DNA of 24,000 nt from Nanobdellota archaeon. Its GTDB lineage: Archaea > Nanobdellota > Nanobdellia > Pacearchaeales > GW2011-AR1. The notes beneath the pieces were generated by a model. The model was not told where the DNA came from. It ran no database searches and was given only the letters and a program-made list of their open reading frames with translations. The stretch is from the NCBI GenBank assembly GCA_024654565.1, contig JANLHM010000005.1, positions 223,647-247,646 on the forward strand, written 5' to 3'. Below are positions 22,805 to 24,000 of this stretch, one piece after another. Position 1 is the stretch's first letter; every line of letters starts with the position of its first letter. The translations under genes were made by a program, and so were the position numbers.

Positions 22805-24000
22805 ATGCCCCTCAAAATTTATAGCACTCTCTCAAGGAAGAAGGAAACTTTTAAACCGTTAAAAGGAAAAAAGGTGAATTTATTTGTTTGTGGACCCACA
22901 GTTTATGACTATTCTCATTTGGGGCATGCAAAAACTTATGTTCAATTTGATATGATTGCAAAATCTTTAAAATTTTTAGGTTATGGTGTTTTTTACCTTC
23001 AAAATATTACAGACATTGACGACAAAATTATAAGAAGGTCAAATGAACAGGAAGTTCCATGGAAGGAGCTTTCTAGAAAGTATAGAGATTACTATTTTGA
23101 AGATATGGCTTCCTTAGGTGTTGACTCAATTTCAAAATATGCAAATGCAACAGACTACATAAATGAAATTGTTTCCCAGGTGAAAAGACTTTTTGAAAAG
23201 GGTTATGCCTACAAGATTTCTGACGGATATTATTTTGATTTGAAGAAGGACAAAGACTATGGAAAGCTTGCAAGGAGAACCGCTCTAGGGAATGATGATT
23301 CAATTTCAAGAGTTGATGAAAATGATGAAAAGAGAAATTCCGGAGACTTTTGTTTGTGGAAGTTTAAGAAAGAGAATGAACCTTCTTGGAAAACCCAAAT
23401 TGGTGAAGGAAGACCAGGGTGGCACATAGAAGACACTGCAATAACTGAAAAAGAGTTTGGACCCCAGTATGACATTCATGGAGGGGCAACTGATTTGATC
23501 TTTCCCCATCATGAAGCTGAAATTGCACAAATGGAATCTCTTTCAGGAAAGGTGCCACTTGTGAAATATTGGATGCATACCGGTTTTTTGAAAATAAATA
23601 AAGAAAAAATGTCAAAGTCTCTTGGAAATTTTTCAACAATAAGAGATATTCTTAAGAGTTATCCCTCAGGAGTTTTGAGGTACCTTTTTGCATCGGGCCA
23701 TTATAGGAAGCCCTTAGACTTTTCAAAGAAATCTCTGGACAACGCCAAGAATTCTTTTGAAAGGCTTCAAAATATTTGTGAAAACCTTAAGGATGACGGA
23801 AAAGAAAATAAAAATTATCTTAAAGAGTTTGAAGAATCAATTAATAATGACATAAACCTCCCTGAAGCTCTTCAGGTCATGTGGAAGCTTTTGAGGGATG
23901 AAAGGGCGCAAGGAAAATATCAAACTATTAAAAAAATAGATGAAGTTTTTGGGCTCAAAATTCTTGAAAAAGAAAAGATTAAAATTTCATCTGAGGTTAA
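22805..24000 (+). CDS. cysS: Cysteinyl-tRNA synthetase, 3' end beyond window (not in the supplied ORF track)
   Basis: MPLKIYSTLSRKKETFKPLKGKKVNLFVCGPTVYDYSHLGHAKTYVQFD...NITDIDDKII...GRPGWHIEDTAI...YDIHGGATDLIFPHHEAEIAQ...KMSKSLGNF; frame is open to base 24000. Confidence 0.96.
   Translation, partial: MPLKIYSTLSRKKETFKPLKGKKVNLFVCGPTVYDYSHLGHAKTYVQFDMIAKSLKFLGYGVFYLQNITDIDDKIIRRSNEQEVPWKELSRKYRDYYFEDMASLGVDSISKYANATDYINEIVSQVKRLFEKGYAYKISDGYYFDLKKDKDYGKLARRTALGNDDSISRVDENDEKRNSGDFCLWKFKKENEPSWKTQIGEGRPGWHIEDTAITEKEFGPQYDIHGGATDLIFPHHEAEIAQMESLSGKVPLVKYWMHTGFLKINKEKMSKSLGNFSTIRDILKSYPSGVLRYLFASGHYRKPLDFSKKSLDNAKNSFERLQNICENLKDDGKENKNYLKEFEESINNDINLPEALQVMWKLLRDERAQGKYQTIKKIDEVFGLKILEKEKIKISSEV

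Noticed and set aside
23073-23639. Three minus-strand ORFs (78, 72 and 91 aa)
   Set aside because: All antisense to the clear CysRS frame, which extends to base 24000.

Overview
The window looks like AT-rich archaeal chromosome, probably DPANN-like. Support comes from archaeal-type translation and replication genes (aEF-1beta, eS17, aIF2alpha, uS15, RadA, RPA, a Nop10-like protein, a RecJ/DHH protein) and an archaeal-style RNase P RNA. It is mostly housekeeping rather than a defence island. I can support about 22 protein-coding genes, four tRNAs (Arg-GCG, Cys-GCA, CAT/Met-type, Phe-GAA) and one RNase P RNA. Three supported genes are absent from the ORF track: a 47-aa Nop10-like gene, a 29-aa polybasic peptide gene, and a CysRS gene that runs off the right edge. 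Points worth a second look: (1) the 3' end of the RNase P RNA is followed by a 73-bp tandem repeat that re-creates that 3' end twice; (2) about 400 bp away, a 25-bp copy of the 3' end of tRNA-Phe sits 98 bp from the intact gene; (3) a full-length RelA/SpoT-like protein with a degenerate hydrolase domain and intact synthetase motifs, in a same-strand run with aIF2alpha, a Nudix-like gene and a Nop10-like gene; (4) RadA is interrupted by a 495-aa LAGLIDADG intein; (5) a CAT tRNA shows a U19/A56 swap of the usual G19-C56 tertiary pair; (6) a 29-aa histone-tail-like peptide gene; (7) degenerate catalytic motifs in HIT, Nudix and CysRS proteins; (8) an unexplained interval at 19102-19542 with broken reading frames and a strong stem-loop. 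No CRISPR array or recognisable defence operon was seen.
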